A stretch of 64,000 nucleotides of DNA from an uncultured Chloroflexia bacterium (GCA_963780375.1 CAWABV010000008.1:27619-91618), one strand, 5' to 3'; positions 28,618 to 38,576 are shown, numbered from the stretch's first letter. The notes: generated by a model from the letters alone, not told the origin. Translations and numbers: made by a program.

Positions 28618-29718
28618 ATGGATCAGACAGACGACTCCATCTTCCCGGAAGCGAGCCACTTGAACGGCACGTCGGAGGTCGGGATGACGGGATCGACCGG
28701 GGTGACCGAGGCCGATCCGCCCGCTACCGCACACGCGCCCGAAGGGGTCGGGGCGGGCATCCGCCCAGGCTTCCTCGCCGAGCTGGCAGTCGCGATGCGC
28801 AGCACCGCCGAGAAGGAACGCGAGCGTATCGCCGCAAAGGTGGCTGACGACGCCTCCGCCCACGTCGACAAGGTCCGCGCGCGCGCGGCCATCGAGACCG
28901 ACGAGCTCAGGCGGCTCGCCGAGGAGGACGTCCAGCACATCGAGGATTGGTCGGCCGCCGAGATGCAGCGCATCCGGGGCGAGGCCGACCAGAAGATCGA
29001 CGACCGGCGCTCGAGCCTGGACGAGTACCTCAAGCAGCACGACTCGATCATCGATACCGAGATCGACGGCGTGAACGACGCGGTCCGCGACTACAACACG
29101 ACGCTGGACGGGTTCTTCGCGGAGCTCGCCCAGTCCGACAACCCGGCATCCATCGTCGCCCGCGCGGAGTCGCTGCCGCCACCGCCCGACCTCGACGAGG
29201 TACGGGCACTGGCGCGCGCCCGAGCCGTCGCGATATTCGCGGACCAGGACGACGACCCGGTGGCCGACCCGGCACCGGTGGCCGACGAGATGAACGACGC
29301 GGCATCCATTGCTGCCCGGTCGCCCGAGACGACGGCCGACGAGGTCATGGCGCACGAGCCCGAAGCCCCGGCCGCGATGATCGGTTCGGTCGAGTCGTCA
29401 GAGATGATCGAGGCCACAGCCGAACCCGCCATGGAGGAGGCCGCCACCGCTGAGGCGGTCTCCGATGCACCGTCCGCCGAGGACATGGCGCCTGCCGCCG
29501 AAGCGGATCCCGCACTATCGTCCGGGTCGACCGAGCCCATCCCGGTGATGGACCCGGCCGCGACGGCCGACACGACGTGGCCGGCGCCCGAGCCGGAGCC
29601 TGAGCCGGTCGCAGCTGCGGTCGACCATACGAGCGCCGCGGTCCGCCTCCTACGCTCCGTGGCGCCGTGGACGGCGCCGACGAACGCGGGGTCGAACGAC
29701 CGCTCCGACTCCGACTGA
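28618..29718 (+). CDS. hypothetical coiled-coil protein with acidic Ala/Glu/Asp-rich C-terminal region
   Basis: The 3' part of track ORF 28255..29718. An ATG with SD (GGAGcaggacgcATG). Heptad-like sequence ELAVAMRSTAEKERERIAAKVADDASAHVDKVRARAAIETDELRRLAEED..., then a low-complexity acidic tail. Confidence 0.5.
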   Translation: MDQTDDSIFPEASHLNGTSEVGMTGSTGVTEADPPATAHAPEGVGAGIRPGFLAELAVAMRSTAEKERERIAAKVADDASAHVDKVRARAAIETDELRRLAEEDVQHIEDWSAAEMQRIRGEADQKIDDRRSSLDEYLKQHDSIIDTEIDGVNDAVRDYNTTLDGFFAELAQSDNPASIVARAESLPPPPDLDEVRALARARAVAIFADQDDDPVADPAPVADEMNDAASIAARSPETTADEVMAHEPEAPAAMIGSVESSEMIEATAEPAMEEAATAEAVSDAPSAEDMAPAAEADPALSSGSTEPIPVMDPAATADTTWPAPEPEPEPVAAAVDHTSAAVRLLRSVAPWTAPTNAGSNDRSDSD

Positions 29719-29857
29719 CCGGCGCCCGCCAGGGCGCCCACGACACCGACGGCCGCGCCGCGAGATCGGCGCGGCCGCTCTATACTCCGCACGCCTCGTC
29801 CCACCCGCGCCCCCGCATCGCCACGACGAAGGGCGCCGCCACGGACGACCGCGCCGC

Positions 29858-29934
29858 GGTGGCCTTAGCTCAACCGGCAGAGCATCGGATTGTGGCTCCG
29901 AAGGTTATGGGTTCGAGCCCCATAGGCCACCCCA
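29858..29934 (+). tRNA. tRNA-His (anticodon GTG) with encoded G-1 and 3' CCA
   Basis: Cloverleaf folded by hand: acceptor GTGGCCT/AGGCCAC; D-arm TAGCTCAACCGGCAGAGCA; anticodon stem TCGGA/TCCGA with loop TTGTGGC (anticodon GTG); T-arm ATGGG-TTCGAGC-CCCAT; discriminator C then CCA. The extra 5' G pairing with C73 is the His-tRNA hallmark. Confidence 0.85.
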
Positions 29935-30080
29935 ATCTCTCCAGCCTCCCGAGTCGGACCCATTGCCGGTGCGCCTTGTCACCGATGGCGCAGAGGCGGC
30001 CAACGAGACCGATCCCGACGCGCGTAGAGTCGTCCGACCGGGCGCCACCCCCGACGCCCGAAGGACGGAGGAGGTCCGTG

Positions 30081-31571
30081 ATGCTCACACGGAAGGTGCT
30101 CCCCTTGCTCGCTGCCCTGACCCTCGGGGCGACCCTGCTGTCGTTCATCCCAGCAGCCGTCGTCGCCGCGCCCAGCGAGGCGGCGTGCGACAACAGGACG
30201 AACGATTCGGTCAGCAAGCTCCTCGAGTGCGTCACGGTTGAGGGCGTCCTCGAGCACGAACAGGCGTTACAGGACATCGCCGACGACAACGACGGCAACC
30301 GGTCTTCAGGGTCCGATGGCTACGTGGACTCGATCGACTACGTCGAGGCTCGCCTCACTGCTGCCGGGTACAACGTCACCCACCAGGAGTTCGACTTCTT
30401 CAAGTTCGTCGATCTCGGCGGGTCCGTCCTGGCGCAGACCGCGCCGGGCTCCGTGACCTATGTGGAGGGCACCGACTTCTTCGCCACGCCGCACTCCGAG
30501 AACGGCGAGGAGGTCACAGCAGCGGTGACGCCAGTCGACGTCCAGTTGGGACTCGGCAACGCGTCGAACAGCGGTTGCGAGACAACCGACTTCGCAGGAT
30601 TCCCGACCGGGAACATCGCGCTGATCCAGCGCGGGACCTGCACCTTCGAGCTCAAGGGTGAGAACGCCGCTGTCGCTGGCGCGTCGGCGATCCTCTTCTT
30701 CAACCAGGGCAACACCGCTGATCCGAGCCGCCAGGGCCTGCCGGCGGTGACGCTCAGCAATGGCTACACCGGCGGGATCCAGGCGCTGAGCACGACCTAC
30801 GCGCGCGGCGCGGAGTTCGCGGGCACCGCCGGTCTCGTCATGCGCCTGCATGCCAACGTCACCCGTGACCCCGCGACCACCGAGAACCTGATCGCCGAGT
30901 CGCGCCGCGGTGATCCCCACAACGTGATCATGGCCGGCGCCCACCTCGACTCGGTCGGCGCGGGACCCGGCATCAACGACAACGGCTCCGGCTCGAGTTC
31001 GCTCATCGAGATCGCCGAGCAGATCGCCAAAGTCAAGTTGCCGAACAAGCTGCGCTTCGCCTGGTGGGGCGCCGAGGAGGACGGCCTGGTCGGATCGACC
31101 GAGTACGTCAACGGCCTCACTGAGGACGAGCTGGCCGACATCGAGATGTACCTCAACTTCGACATGGTCGGCTCGCCGAATTACGGCCTGTTCATCTACG
31201 ACGGTGACGGCTCGGGCTTCGGTCTCGAAGGCCCAGACGGTTCGGACGACATCGAGGCGCTGTTCGAGCGCTTCTACGCCGAGCGCGACCTACCGACCGA
31301 GCCGACCGCCTTCGACGGTCGCTCCGACTACTTCGCCTTCATCAACAATGGTGTGCCGGCCGGTGGCCTGTTCACCGGGGCCGAGGTGCCGAAGACGGCC
31401 GATCAGGTCGCCAAGTGGGGCGGGGCGGCGGGCGTTGCTTACGACCACTGCTACCACTCGGCCTGCGACACGATCGAGAACCTGAACCACGACGCACTCG
31501 GTATCAACGCCGATGCGATCGCGTACGTGCTCTACCTCTACGCGTCGGCCACGGAAGTCATCAACAGCTGA
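30081..31571 (+). CDS. secreted M28-family aminopeptidase with PA domain
   Basis: The 3' part of track ORF 29667..31571, with a strong SD (GGAGGAGGtccgtgATG). A signal peptide, then M28 motifs (NVIMAGAHLDSV, AWWGAEEDGLVGS, NFDMVGSPN) with a PA-domain insertion. Confidence 0.8.
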   Translation: MLTRKVLPLLAALTLGATLLSFIPAAVVAAPSEAACDNRTNDSVSKLLECVTVEGVLEHEQALQDIADDNDGNRSSGSDGYVDSIDYVEARLTAAGYNVTHQEFDFFKFVDLGGSVLAQTAPGSVTYVEGTDFFATPHSENGEEVTAAVTPVDVQLGLGNASNSGCETTDFAGFPTGNIALIQRGTCTFELKGENAAVAGASAILFFNQGNTADPSRQGLPAVTLSNGYTGGIQALSTTYARGAEFAGTAGLVMRLHANVTRDPATTENLIAESRRGDPHNVIMAGAHLDSVGAGPGINDNGSGSSSLIEIAEQIAKVKLPNKLRFAWWGAEEDGLVGSTEYVNGLTEDELADIEMYLNFDMVGSPNYGLFIYDGDGSGFGLEGPDGSDDIEALFERFYAERDLPTEPTAFDGRSDYFAFINNGVPAGGLFTGAEVPKTADQVAKWGGAAGVAYDHCYHSACDTIENLNHDALGINADAIAYVLYLYASATEVINS

Positions 31572-31593
31572 CCCGCCACGACCGCGGATCTCG

Positions 31594-31622
31594 AGGCGCC
31601 CCACGTTCCGCGTGGGGCGCCT
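31594..31622. terminator. bidirectional intrinsic-terminator-like hairpin between the convergent M28 peptidase and NTF2-like genes
   Basis: A perfect 13-bp GC-rich inverted repeat, gaggcgccccacg-ttc-cgtggggcgcctt. Confidence 0.5.
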
Positions 31623-31651
31623 TGGTCATGTCTCGGGGGCCCTGTGGCCGC

Positions 31652-32404
31652 TCAGTCCAGCGGCGGATCGACGTCGTCGTACACGCGCGCCTCGCGGAGC
31701 CGACCCGTCTCGCCGCGCTCGTAGACCGCGACGCCGGCCTGGGGCGGCATGTCGGTGGTGCCCCACTTGACCGCGTTGAACTCCAGGGCCGTTCGCGTGC
31801 CGTCCTCGGTGACCGTGCAGTGCTCGAGGATGATCCCGCCGCCGACGGCGAAGAAGCCGGCGAAGAACTCGTGCAGGACGTCGGTTCCGCAGACCCGGTA
31901 GTCGCCACCGGCAGGCTCTCGGAAACAACCGTCGGGCTCGAACGTCGCGGTGATGCGGTCCGTGTCGCCGGCGGCGAGCGCGGCCTGGTACTCCCCGACG
32001 ATGTCCGATTCCCGGACGTTCGGGTCGCGCGACAAGAGTGGCTGCCGGATGACGTGGTAGCCGAGGAGCGGCCATTGGCTGTGGTAGACGCGGACCCAGA
32101 GCTGTCCAGCGTCCAGGTCACGTTCGACGACCACCGCCACCGGTAGCGAGAACGACCGCCCGTCCTGCGTCAACTCGACCGCGAATTCGCCCACGACCCG
32201 CGTCTCCCCGACGGTCGTGGCGACCTCCCGCGGCCGCCCGTCGCGGACGCGCAACCATTCCGCCGACCAGTCGCGGTACGCATCGAATGACGCCTCGCCC
32301 ACGATCCGCCCCGATTGCGGGTCATCGATCCGAAGCTCGAGCGGCGACTCATCGAGCCTCGCGCCCGCACGGTCGACCACTGCCTGGAACTCGGGAAGCC
32401 ACAT
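31652..32404 (-). CDS. NTF2-like / SnoaL-like (ketosteroid-isomerase fold) protein
   Basis: 250 aa with two tandem NTF2-like halves (EFQAVVDRAGARLDESPLE... and EYQAALAAGDTDRITATFEPDGCFREPAGG...). Confidence 0.6.
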   Translation of the reverse strand: MWLPEFQAVVDRAGARLDESPLELRIDDPQSGRIVGEASFDAYRDWSAEWLRVRDGRPREVATTVGETRVVGEFAVELTQDGRSFSLPVAVVVERDLDAGQLWVRVYHSQWPLLGYHVIRQPLLSRDPNVRESDIVGEYQAALAAGDTDRITATFEPDGCFREPAGGDYRVCGTDVLHEFFAGFFAVGGGIILEHCTVTEDGTRTALEFNAVKWGTTDMPPQAGVAVYERGETGRLREARVYDDVDPPLD

Positions 32405-32499
32405 GCCGCAAGGCTAGCGGCCGGGCTGTCGTGCCGCAGTGGAAGGATGTTTCGACGCTGCGTCGCCCGACAGGCGACGGCGACGGTCGGCGAACGACC

Positions 32500-33912
32500 C
32501 TACAGACATCCGAAGTAGGTCCGCCGTTCCCAGTCGGACACGTCGGTCGAGCCAGCCGGGAGACCGCACCGTTCGAGATACGTGTCCCACTCGAACCGCT
32601 TCACGTCCACGTAGTGACGCGCGATCAAGGGCCCGACAGCAGGCCTGAGGACATCGTCGGCCTCGAACGCGTCAAGCGCACCCGGCAAGTCCCCGGGCAG
32701 CCGCGCGAACCCGGCCGCCTCGGCCTCCGCATCGTTGAGGTGCCCGACGTCGACGCGCGCTTCGGGCGGGACAGCGAGCTGCCGCTCGACGCCGTCGGCG
32801 ATCGATGCCAGCAACCCGGTGAGATGCAGGTACGGGTTCATGCCGGCATCGCCGCCGCGGATCTCCAGATGTCGCCCCGCGCCCCGTCCCGGCACGCGGA
32901 TGAGCGCTGCGCGATTGCCGATCGCCCACGACACGTGCGCCGGCGCCCATGACCCCGGCAGCAAGCGCTTGTAGGAGTTCGTCGTCGGCGAGGCGAATGC
33001 CGCTTGACCGATCGCGTGGGCCAACAACCCGGCGATGGCCGGGCCGGCGGTCGGTGCGAGGCGCTCCGGATCGTCGGGGTCGGCGACGAGGTCGATCGAC
33101 GGATCGTCGGCGCGCGTCAGGCCAAGATGGACATGCAAACCGTTTCCGGGCAGGTCGGTATACGGCTTGGGCATGAAGGACGCCGTCGCCCCTTCCGCCC
33201 GCGCCGCGGCCCGGATCAGCTGTCGAGCGAGGAGGAAACGATCGGCCGCGGCGAGCGGGTCGGTCGGCAGGAGGCTGATCTCGTACTGGCCGGGGCCGTA
33301 TTCCTTGGCAACCTGATGGACGTCTACACCCGCCGAATCGAAGTCGGCCAGGATCCGCGCCGCCATCGGCCAGCGCTCGTCGAGTTGCTCGACCGAGAAC
33401 ATGCGTCCCGTATCGGCGAGAAGCGCGTCGGGATCGGTGCCGTCGACCACGACGAACTCCGCCTCGAACGCGGCCTTGACCGAGACACCTAGCTCGTGAA
33501 GCCGCGCGACCTGCCCGGCCAGCGCCGTCCGCGGATCGCCCGTCCACGGGTGGCCGGTGTCATCTGTCAGGAGGGCGAACGCTTGCGCCACGCCGGGCCT
33601 GTGCGGGATCTCGACGAGGGTCGCCGGGTCCGGCACGGCACGGAAGTCGCCGGAGTCCGCGCCGAAGATGGGATGCGGGACCTGCTCGTCGGTGATCGCG
33701 AGGTCCCAGTTCGCCATCGCGAAGGTAACGCCCTCGGCGGCGACCTCCTCGAACCTGGCGGGCGGGACAGCCTTCGCCCGTCCGAGGCCGGCATAGTCGT
33801 GGTAGACGACCCAGAGGGCTTCGGCGTCGAGCCCGCGCAGGCGGGCGAGCGTGTCGGCTCCCGGTCGGTGCTGTGCGTCGTTCGAGCGAACGGATCCCGT
33901 TGCCGTCTGCAT
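32500..33912 (-). CDS. glutamine synthetase-family protein (GlnA3/GlnA4-like gamma-glutamylamine synthetase)
   Basis: The internal ATG at 33912 (MQTATGSV...). GS catalytic-domain motifs KPYTDLPGNGLHVHLGL, NSYKRLLPGSWAP and RHLEIRGGDAGMNPYL. The track ORF extends about 96 codons upstream through Arg-rich non-coding sequence. Confidence 0.85.
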   Translation of the reverse strand: MQTATGSVRSNDAQHRPGADTLARLRGLDAEALWVVYHDYAGLGRAKAVPPARFEEVAAEGVTFAMANWDLAITDEQVPHPIFGADSGDFRAVPDPATLVEIPHRPGVAQAFALLTDDTGHPWTGDPRTALAGQVARLHELGVSVKAAFEAEFVVVDGTDPDALLADTGRMFSVEQLDERWPMAARILADFDSAGVDVHQVAKEYGPGQYEISLLPTDPLAAADRFLLARQLIRAAARAEGATASFMPKPYTDLPGNGLHVHLGLTRADDPSIDLVADPDDPERLAPTAGPAIAGLLAHAIGQAAFASPTTNSYKRLLPGSWAPAHVSWAIGNRAALIRVPGRGAGRHLEIRGGDAGMNPYLHLTGLLASIADGVERQLAVPPEARVDVGHLNDAEAEAAGFARLPGDLPGALDAFEADDVLRPAVGPLIARHYVDVKRFEWDTYLERCGLPAGSTDVSDWERRTYFGCL

Positions 33913-33981
33913 CCTGTGGCCGCATAGTAGCGGGCGCTCGGACGGGGGAACGAAAGGGGGTCGGAGGGAGAGGAGGGATCC

Positions 33982-35451
33982 GTGGCGTCCACCACCGTCG
34001 ACAGCAGTCTCGAGCGCAACGCGATCGGGCTGACCGAGGTCCTGTTCCAGTCCATCACCCACATGGCGCCCGCGGTCGCGACCGCGCTCTCGATCGGCGC
34101 CGCCACCACATTCGCCGGCGGCACCACGCCGCTCGCGGTCGTCCTGGCTCTCGTCGCCGCGTTGTTCACGGCTTTCGCGATGGGCGAGCTCGCGAAGCAC
34201 CTGCCGTCGGCGGGTGGGATGTACACGTATGTCGCCCGCGGGCTCGGCTCATTTGCCGGCTGGCTGATGGCCTGGGCGTTTCTGCTGGCCGAACCGGTCG
34301 TGCCGGCCGCCCTCTACGCGTCGTTCGGGCTGTTCGGCGCCGCGTTCATCACGACGCTCACCGGCTACCAGAACGACCTGCTCTGGCTGCCGCTCGCTGT
34401 GATCTGCGGTCTCGTCGTGTGGTTCCTGGTCTATCGCGGGATCTCGATCTCGACCCGGGTCGGCGTCGCGCTTGGCCTCATCGAGATCGGCATCTTCCTG
34501 CTCGTCTCGTTGCTGCTGATCATCAACGCCGGCTCCAGGAACACCATCTCGGTCTTCGTGCCGGCTGAAGGTGGGCTGTTGCCACCGCTGCAGGGCATGG
34601 TGTTCTGTCTGCTCGCCTTCGTCGGGTTCGAGGCGGCAGCGCCGCTGGCAGAGGAGACACGCGATCCGAAGCGGACGATCCGCCAGGCCGTGATCCTGTC
34701 GGCCGTCCTGATCGGACTGTTCTACGTCTTCTGCTACTACGCAGCGACGGTCTACTTCGGCCCGGACAGGATGGCCAGCGAGTTCCTCGGATTCAACAAC
34801 GCCGACCCATGGGGCGGCATGGCCAACGAGGTGCTGCCGGGCATCGGATCGCTGCTCGTCACGTTCGCGATCCTCAACAGCTCACTGGCCAACGCCAACG
34901 CCGGAGCCAATGCGTCCACCCGAGCGATCTTCTCGCTCGGTCGTGCGCGACTGTTGCCCGCCGCCCTGGCCGAGGTTCATCCGTCATACCGGACCCCGGT
35001 CAACGCGGTGCACCTGCAGGGCATCCTCGGGATCGTCCTGGCAGTTGCCCTCGGCCTGCTCTTTGCGGGCACGGACTTCGGGGGGCCGTTGACGACCTAC
35101 ATCTTCATCGGCTACGCGCTCGGCCTGCTGTTCGCAGGCATGTACATCGCCGTGAACTTCGCGGCGATGGGCTATTACCTGGGCGAAGGGCGCGCCGAGT
35201 TCAACGTCTTCAAGCACGTGGTCGTGCCGATCATCGGCGTGATCCTGCTGATCCCGGCATTCCTCGGCGTCGTGGGCGGAGTGACCATCCCGATCCTGGA
35301 CGTTCCGATCCCGCCGCTAGCGTCACCGTTCAACGTGGTTCCGCCGCTGGTCGCGATCTGGATGGTGGCCGGGATCATCCTGTACTTCGTGCTCCGATCA
35401 CGGAACGCGGAGACGATCGCCCGCGTCGGCGACGTCGTGTCGGAGGCGTAG
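33982..35451 (+). CDS. APC-family amino acid/amine permease
   Basis: 489 aa with 12 TM helices, a GTG start and a strong SD (GGAGGGAtccGTG). The APC signature lies around FAMGELAKHLPSAGGMYTYV. Confidence 0.85.
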   Translation: MASTTVDSSLERNAIGLTEVLFQSITHMAPAVATALSIGAATTFAGGTTPLAVVLALVAALFTAFAMGELAKHLPSAGGMYTYVARGLGSFAGWLMAWAFLLAEPVVPAALYASFGLFGAAFITTLTGYQNDLLWLPLAVICGLVVWFLVYRGISISTRVGVALGLIEIGIFLLVSLLLIINAGSRNTISVFVPAEGGLLPPLQGMVFCLLAFVGFEAAAPLAEETRDPKRTIRQAVILSAVLIGLFYVFCYYAATVYFGPDRMASEFLGFNNADPWGGMANEVLPGIGSLLVTFAILNSSLANANAGANASTRAIFSLGRARLLPAALAEVHPSYRTPVNAVHLQGILGIVLAVALGLLFAGTDFGGPLTTYIFIGYALGLLFAGMYIAVNFAAMGYYLGEGRAEFNVFKHVVVPIIGVILLIPAFLGVVGGVTIPILDVPIPPLASPFNVVPPLVAIWMVAGIILYFVLRSRNAETIARVGDVVSEA

Positions 35452-35521
35452 ACCAAGAGTTCCTTGCCAAGGCGGCGGCCGCTCCGCGGTCGCCGCCGAC
35501 GGTCGATCGGCGAACGGATCG

Positions 35522-36451
35522 TCAGTCGAATATCGATAGCGGGCAGTGCGCCGTGACGACGACATTCGGCATGTCGACGATCTCGCTGATCCGCAGATCG
35601 ATGGCGACGCTTGCCAGCAGATAAGCATCGATGGCCGCGATGCCGTGCTCACGGCCGAGCCAGTCGATCATCCGCCGTACGGCGTCGCGTGCCGCCTCGT
35701 TGAGATCCGGCCCGACGCCGTCGGTCGCGTAGCGCCGGCCGACCAGCGTCTGCACGTCCGGGGTCAGGAACTCCGGGCCGCTGAGGTGCAGGTCCTTGCG
35801 CACGGTCAGCCGGACGAGCGTGCGCATCGGCGTCTCGATGGCGGTGCCGCACACCTCGCCGTCGCCCTGGGCGGCGTGGCCGTCGCCCATCGACAGCCGG
35901 GCACCCACATGGAATACGGGCAGGAACAGCGTCGAGCCGGCCGTCAGGTGACGCGTGTCCATGTTCCCGCCGTGGAGATCGGGCGGGATGGTCGAGCGTG
36001 GCCCGTCCACGGGCGCCACGCCGACCTCGCCGCAGAACGGCGCGATCGGGACGCGGACGCCGGGCAGGAACTCGGCGCGCTCGCCGACACGCGGCACCTT
36101 CGTGATCCGGAGGTACGGATCGGGGAACTGGTCCGCCAGGAGGCCGAACCCGGGGATGCTGGCCGTCCACCCCCAGTCGGCCGGCTCGAACTCGAGTAGG
36201 TCGATCTGAAGGGTGTCGCCGGGCTCCGCGCCGACGACGGCGATCGGGCCGTTGACCTGGTCCACGCGGTCGAAGTCGAGACGGCCCAAGTCCTCTACCG
36301 TCGAATCGGCGCTCAGCTGGCCGCCGGCGGCGTCGAGCAGGTCGAACTCGACCAGGGCGCCGCTATCGACGGTTTCGATCGGCGAGATCGCGGGATCCCA
36401 GGCCAGGTGGAACCGATCGCGCGAGATATGGACCGCGGGTGTCGTCGCCAT
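35522..36451 (-). CDS. acetamidase/formamidase (FmdA_AmdA) family protein
   Basis: 309 aa; the motifs PDLHGGNMD and GDGHAAQGDGEVCGTAIE are typical of the family. Confidence 0.85.
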   Translation of the reverse strand: MATTPAVHISRDRFHLAWDPAISPIETVDSGALVEFDLLDAAGGQLSADSTVEDLGRLDFDRVDQVNGPIAVVGAEPGDTLQIDLLEFEPADWGWTASIPGFGLLADQFPDPYLRITKVPRVGERAEFLPGVRVPIAPFCGEVGVAPVDGPRSTIPPDLHGGNMDTRHLTAGSTLFLPVFHVGARLSMGDGHAAQGDGEVCGTAIETPMRTLVRLTVRKDLHLSGPEFLTPDVQTLVGRRYATDGVGPDLNEAARDAVRRMIDWLGREHGIAAIDAYLLASVAIDLRISEIVDMPNVVVTAHCPLSIFD

Positions 36452-36461
36452 CGAAGGACCC

Positions 36462-37280
36462 TCAGCTCGCGGCGGCCAGCTCTGCCACCTGCGCGGATGC
36501 CCCCTCCAGGATCGGCTCGCCGTGGCCGACCAGCAGCGTCTCGAACGTGAGCTTCCCGAGCTTCACCACCGACGCCTTGGCGGCCGCGGCATCCTCGGTG
36601 AACGACGGGTTGGAGCCGGCGAGCTTGCCGGTCGACGTCCCGAGCGCGTCGCCCGCGACGAGGATGTCGCCCGCCTCGTCGAGCACGGCGATGTGGCCGA
36701 CGGTGTGACCCGGGGTGGCGACGATCCGCAGCCCGAACACCGTCTCGCCGTCGGCGACGGCCGTGAGCGGGCGCGGCGAAGTGATGTTCGGGAGATCCGC
36801 CTCGCCCGCGTAGCCCGTGGCGCCGGATGCCGACCCCAGGATGGCGCCGATGCTCCCCGCGTGGTCGCCGTGCTTGTGGGTGAGGACCACGTGGCCGACC
36901 TGCGCCCAATCGACGCCGGCCGTAACCAGCGCGTCGTGGATCGGCCCCTCGCTGCCGCCGACGCCGGTATCGACGATCGCGGCCTCCCCCGCCCTGACGA
37001 GGATGTAGGCGGAGACGAAGCCGAGGTTGGCGCGCTCCCACGTGACGCCGCCGGTCGCCGCCGAGGGTGGCGCACTCGATGAACCGCCACCTGTACTGGC
37101 CGACGGCTGCGTGGATCCCGAGGGCTCGGGCGTTGCCCCGCGCGAGGCCGACGACGATGGGACGGCCGAGCTGATCGTACTCGGGCCGCACCCGGCGACG
37201 CCGAGGACCGCGAGCGCGATCGTGCCGCGACCGGCATGGACAAGGAAGCTGCGGCGCGTGATGTCGATCGCGGGCTGCAT
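36462..37280 (-). CDS. MBL-fold metallo-hydrolase, Tat-signal lipoprotein
   Basis: The internal ATG at 37280 (MQPAIDITRRSFLVHAGRGTIALAVLGVAGCG...) shows twin-arginine RRSFL plus a lipobox, a Ser/Gly-rich linker, then the MBL motif HKHGDHAGS. The upstream 187 codons of the track ORF are junk. Confidence 0.75.
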   Translation of the reverse strand: MQPAIDITRRSFLVHAGRGTIALAVLGVAGCGPSTISSAVPSSSASRGATPEPSGSTQPSASTGGGSSSAPPSAATGGVTWERANLGFVSAYILVRAGEAAIVDTGVGGSEGPIHDALVTAGVDWAQVGHVVLTHKHGDHAGSIGAILGSASGATGYAGEADLPNITSPRPLTAVADGETVFGLRIVATPGHTVGHIAVLDEAGDILVAGDALGTSTGKLAGSNPSFTEDAAAAKASVVKLGKLTFETLLVGHGEPILEGASAQVAELAAAS

Positions 37281-37475
37281 GGTCGGTCGATGGTACGACG
37301 CAGATCGCGGCTTCGGATCGCGGGAGGCTTGCGGGGGGCCCGTCCGGCTCGTACGATGCGACGACCCTGCGTTGGCACGTACGGGGTCCGTCCGCGTCCC
37401 GCCTTCGTGCGGGACATCGCCTCGGCGACTGGGATGCATGGACCCGCGATGGCAGCGAGGGCGGAGGAACACGCC

Positions 37476-38576
37476 ATGGCGACGGTGACGTTCGACAACG
37501 TCAACAAGCTCTACGGTGACTTCCACGCGGTGAAGGACCTGAACCTCGAGATCGGCGATGCCGAATTCATGGTCCTGGTCGGGCCGTCGGGATGCGGGAA
37601 GACCACCAGCCTGCGGATGATCGCCGGCCTCGAGGAGATCTCGAGCGGCACGCTCCGTATCGGCGACCGGGTCGTGAACGACGTCGCTCCCAAGGATCGG
37701 GATATCGCGATGGTGTTCCAGAGTTACGCCCTCTACCCGCACATGTCGGTGCGCGACAACCTCGCGTTCGGGTTGAAGTTGCGCAAGGTCCCCAAGGCCG
37801 ACATCGAGCGGCGAGTCAACGAGGCCGCCGAGACGATCCAACTCCAGAAGCTGCTCGACCGCAAGCCGAAGGAGCTGTCCGGCGGCCAGCGCCAGCGCGT
37901 CGCGCTCGGCCGGGCGATCGTCCGCGAACCGGCCGTGTTCCTGATGGACGAGCCGCTATCCAACCTCGATGCCAAGCTGCGCGTCCAGACGCGGGCGGAG
38001 ATCGCCCGTCTCCACCAGCGCCTCCAGACGACCGTCGTCTACGTCACGCATGACCAGGTCGAGGCGATGACGATGGGCTCGCGCATCGCGGTCATGAGCG
38101 AAGGCCTGCTGATGCAGGTCGGCACGCCCCAGCAGCTGTACGACCACCCGGCGAACAGGTTCGTGGCCGGGTTCATCGGCAGCCCGGCGATGAACTTCGT
38201 CGGCGTCGAGGTCACGGACGGTCAGCTGAAGGGTCCCGGCGACTGGTCGATCCCGGTCCCGCCGCGGGCGCGCGAGCAACTGACCGCGGGCCAGCGGGTC
38301 GTGGCGGGGTTCCGGCCCGAGCATCTGGAGATCGGCGACGTCGACTCGGAGCATGGCTCGTTCCGGGCACGGGCGGATGTCGTCGAGTACCTCGGCAACG
38401 AGGAGCTGCTCCACATCAGCGCCGCGGACCAGGACGTCGTCGCGATCGTCGACTCGGACCATCGTGTACGTCCGAACGACATCGTCAACCTGGTGATCCC
38501 GCTCGAGAAGGTCCACCTGTTCGACCCCGAGACGGGCGAGACCATCATCCAGGCGCAGGCCCAGGTCGCAGCCTGA
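37476..38576 (+). CDS. msiK: orphan sugar-ABC-transporter ATP-binding protein (MsiK/UgpC/MalK-like)
   Basis: The internal ATG at 37476 with SD (GGAGGaacacgccATG). MATVTFDNVNKLYGDF..., Walker A GPSGCGKTT, LSGGQRQRVALGRA and a C-terminal TOBE/MalK regulatory domain. No cognate permease or SBP is adjacent, as for actinobacterial msiK. Confidence 0.85.
   Translation: MATVTFDNVNKLYGDFHAVKDLNLEIGDAEFMVLVGPSGCGKTTSLRMIAGLEEISSGTLRIGDRVVNDVAPKDRDIAMVFQSYALYPHMSVRDNLAFGLKLRKVPKADIERRVNEAAETIQLQKLLDRKPKELSGGQRQRVALGRAIVREPAVFLMDEPLSNLDAKLRVQTRAEIARLHQRLQTTVVYVTHDQVEAMTMGSRIAVMSEGLLMQVGTPQQLYDHPANRFVAGFIGSPAMNFVGVEVTDGQLKGPGDWSIPVPPRAREQLTAGQRVVAGFRPEHLEIGDVDSEHGSFRARADVVEYLGNEELLHISAADQDVVAIVDSDHRVRPNDIVNLVIPLEKVHLFDPETGETIIQAQAQVAA

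Noticed and set aside
29935-31571. Genomic island downstream of tRNA-His
   Set aside because: No integrase, no recombinase and no attR-like repeat of the tRNA 3' end were found. Flanking genes are ordinary peptidase and metabolic genes with unchanged GC content.
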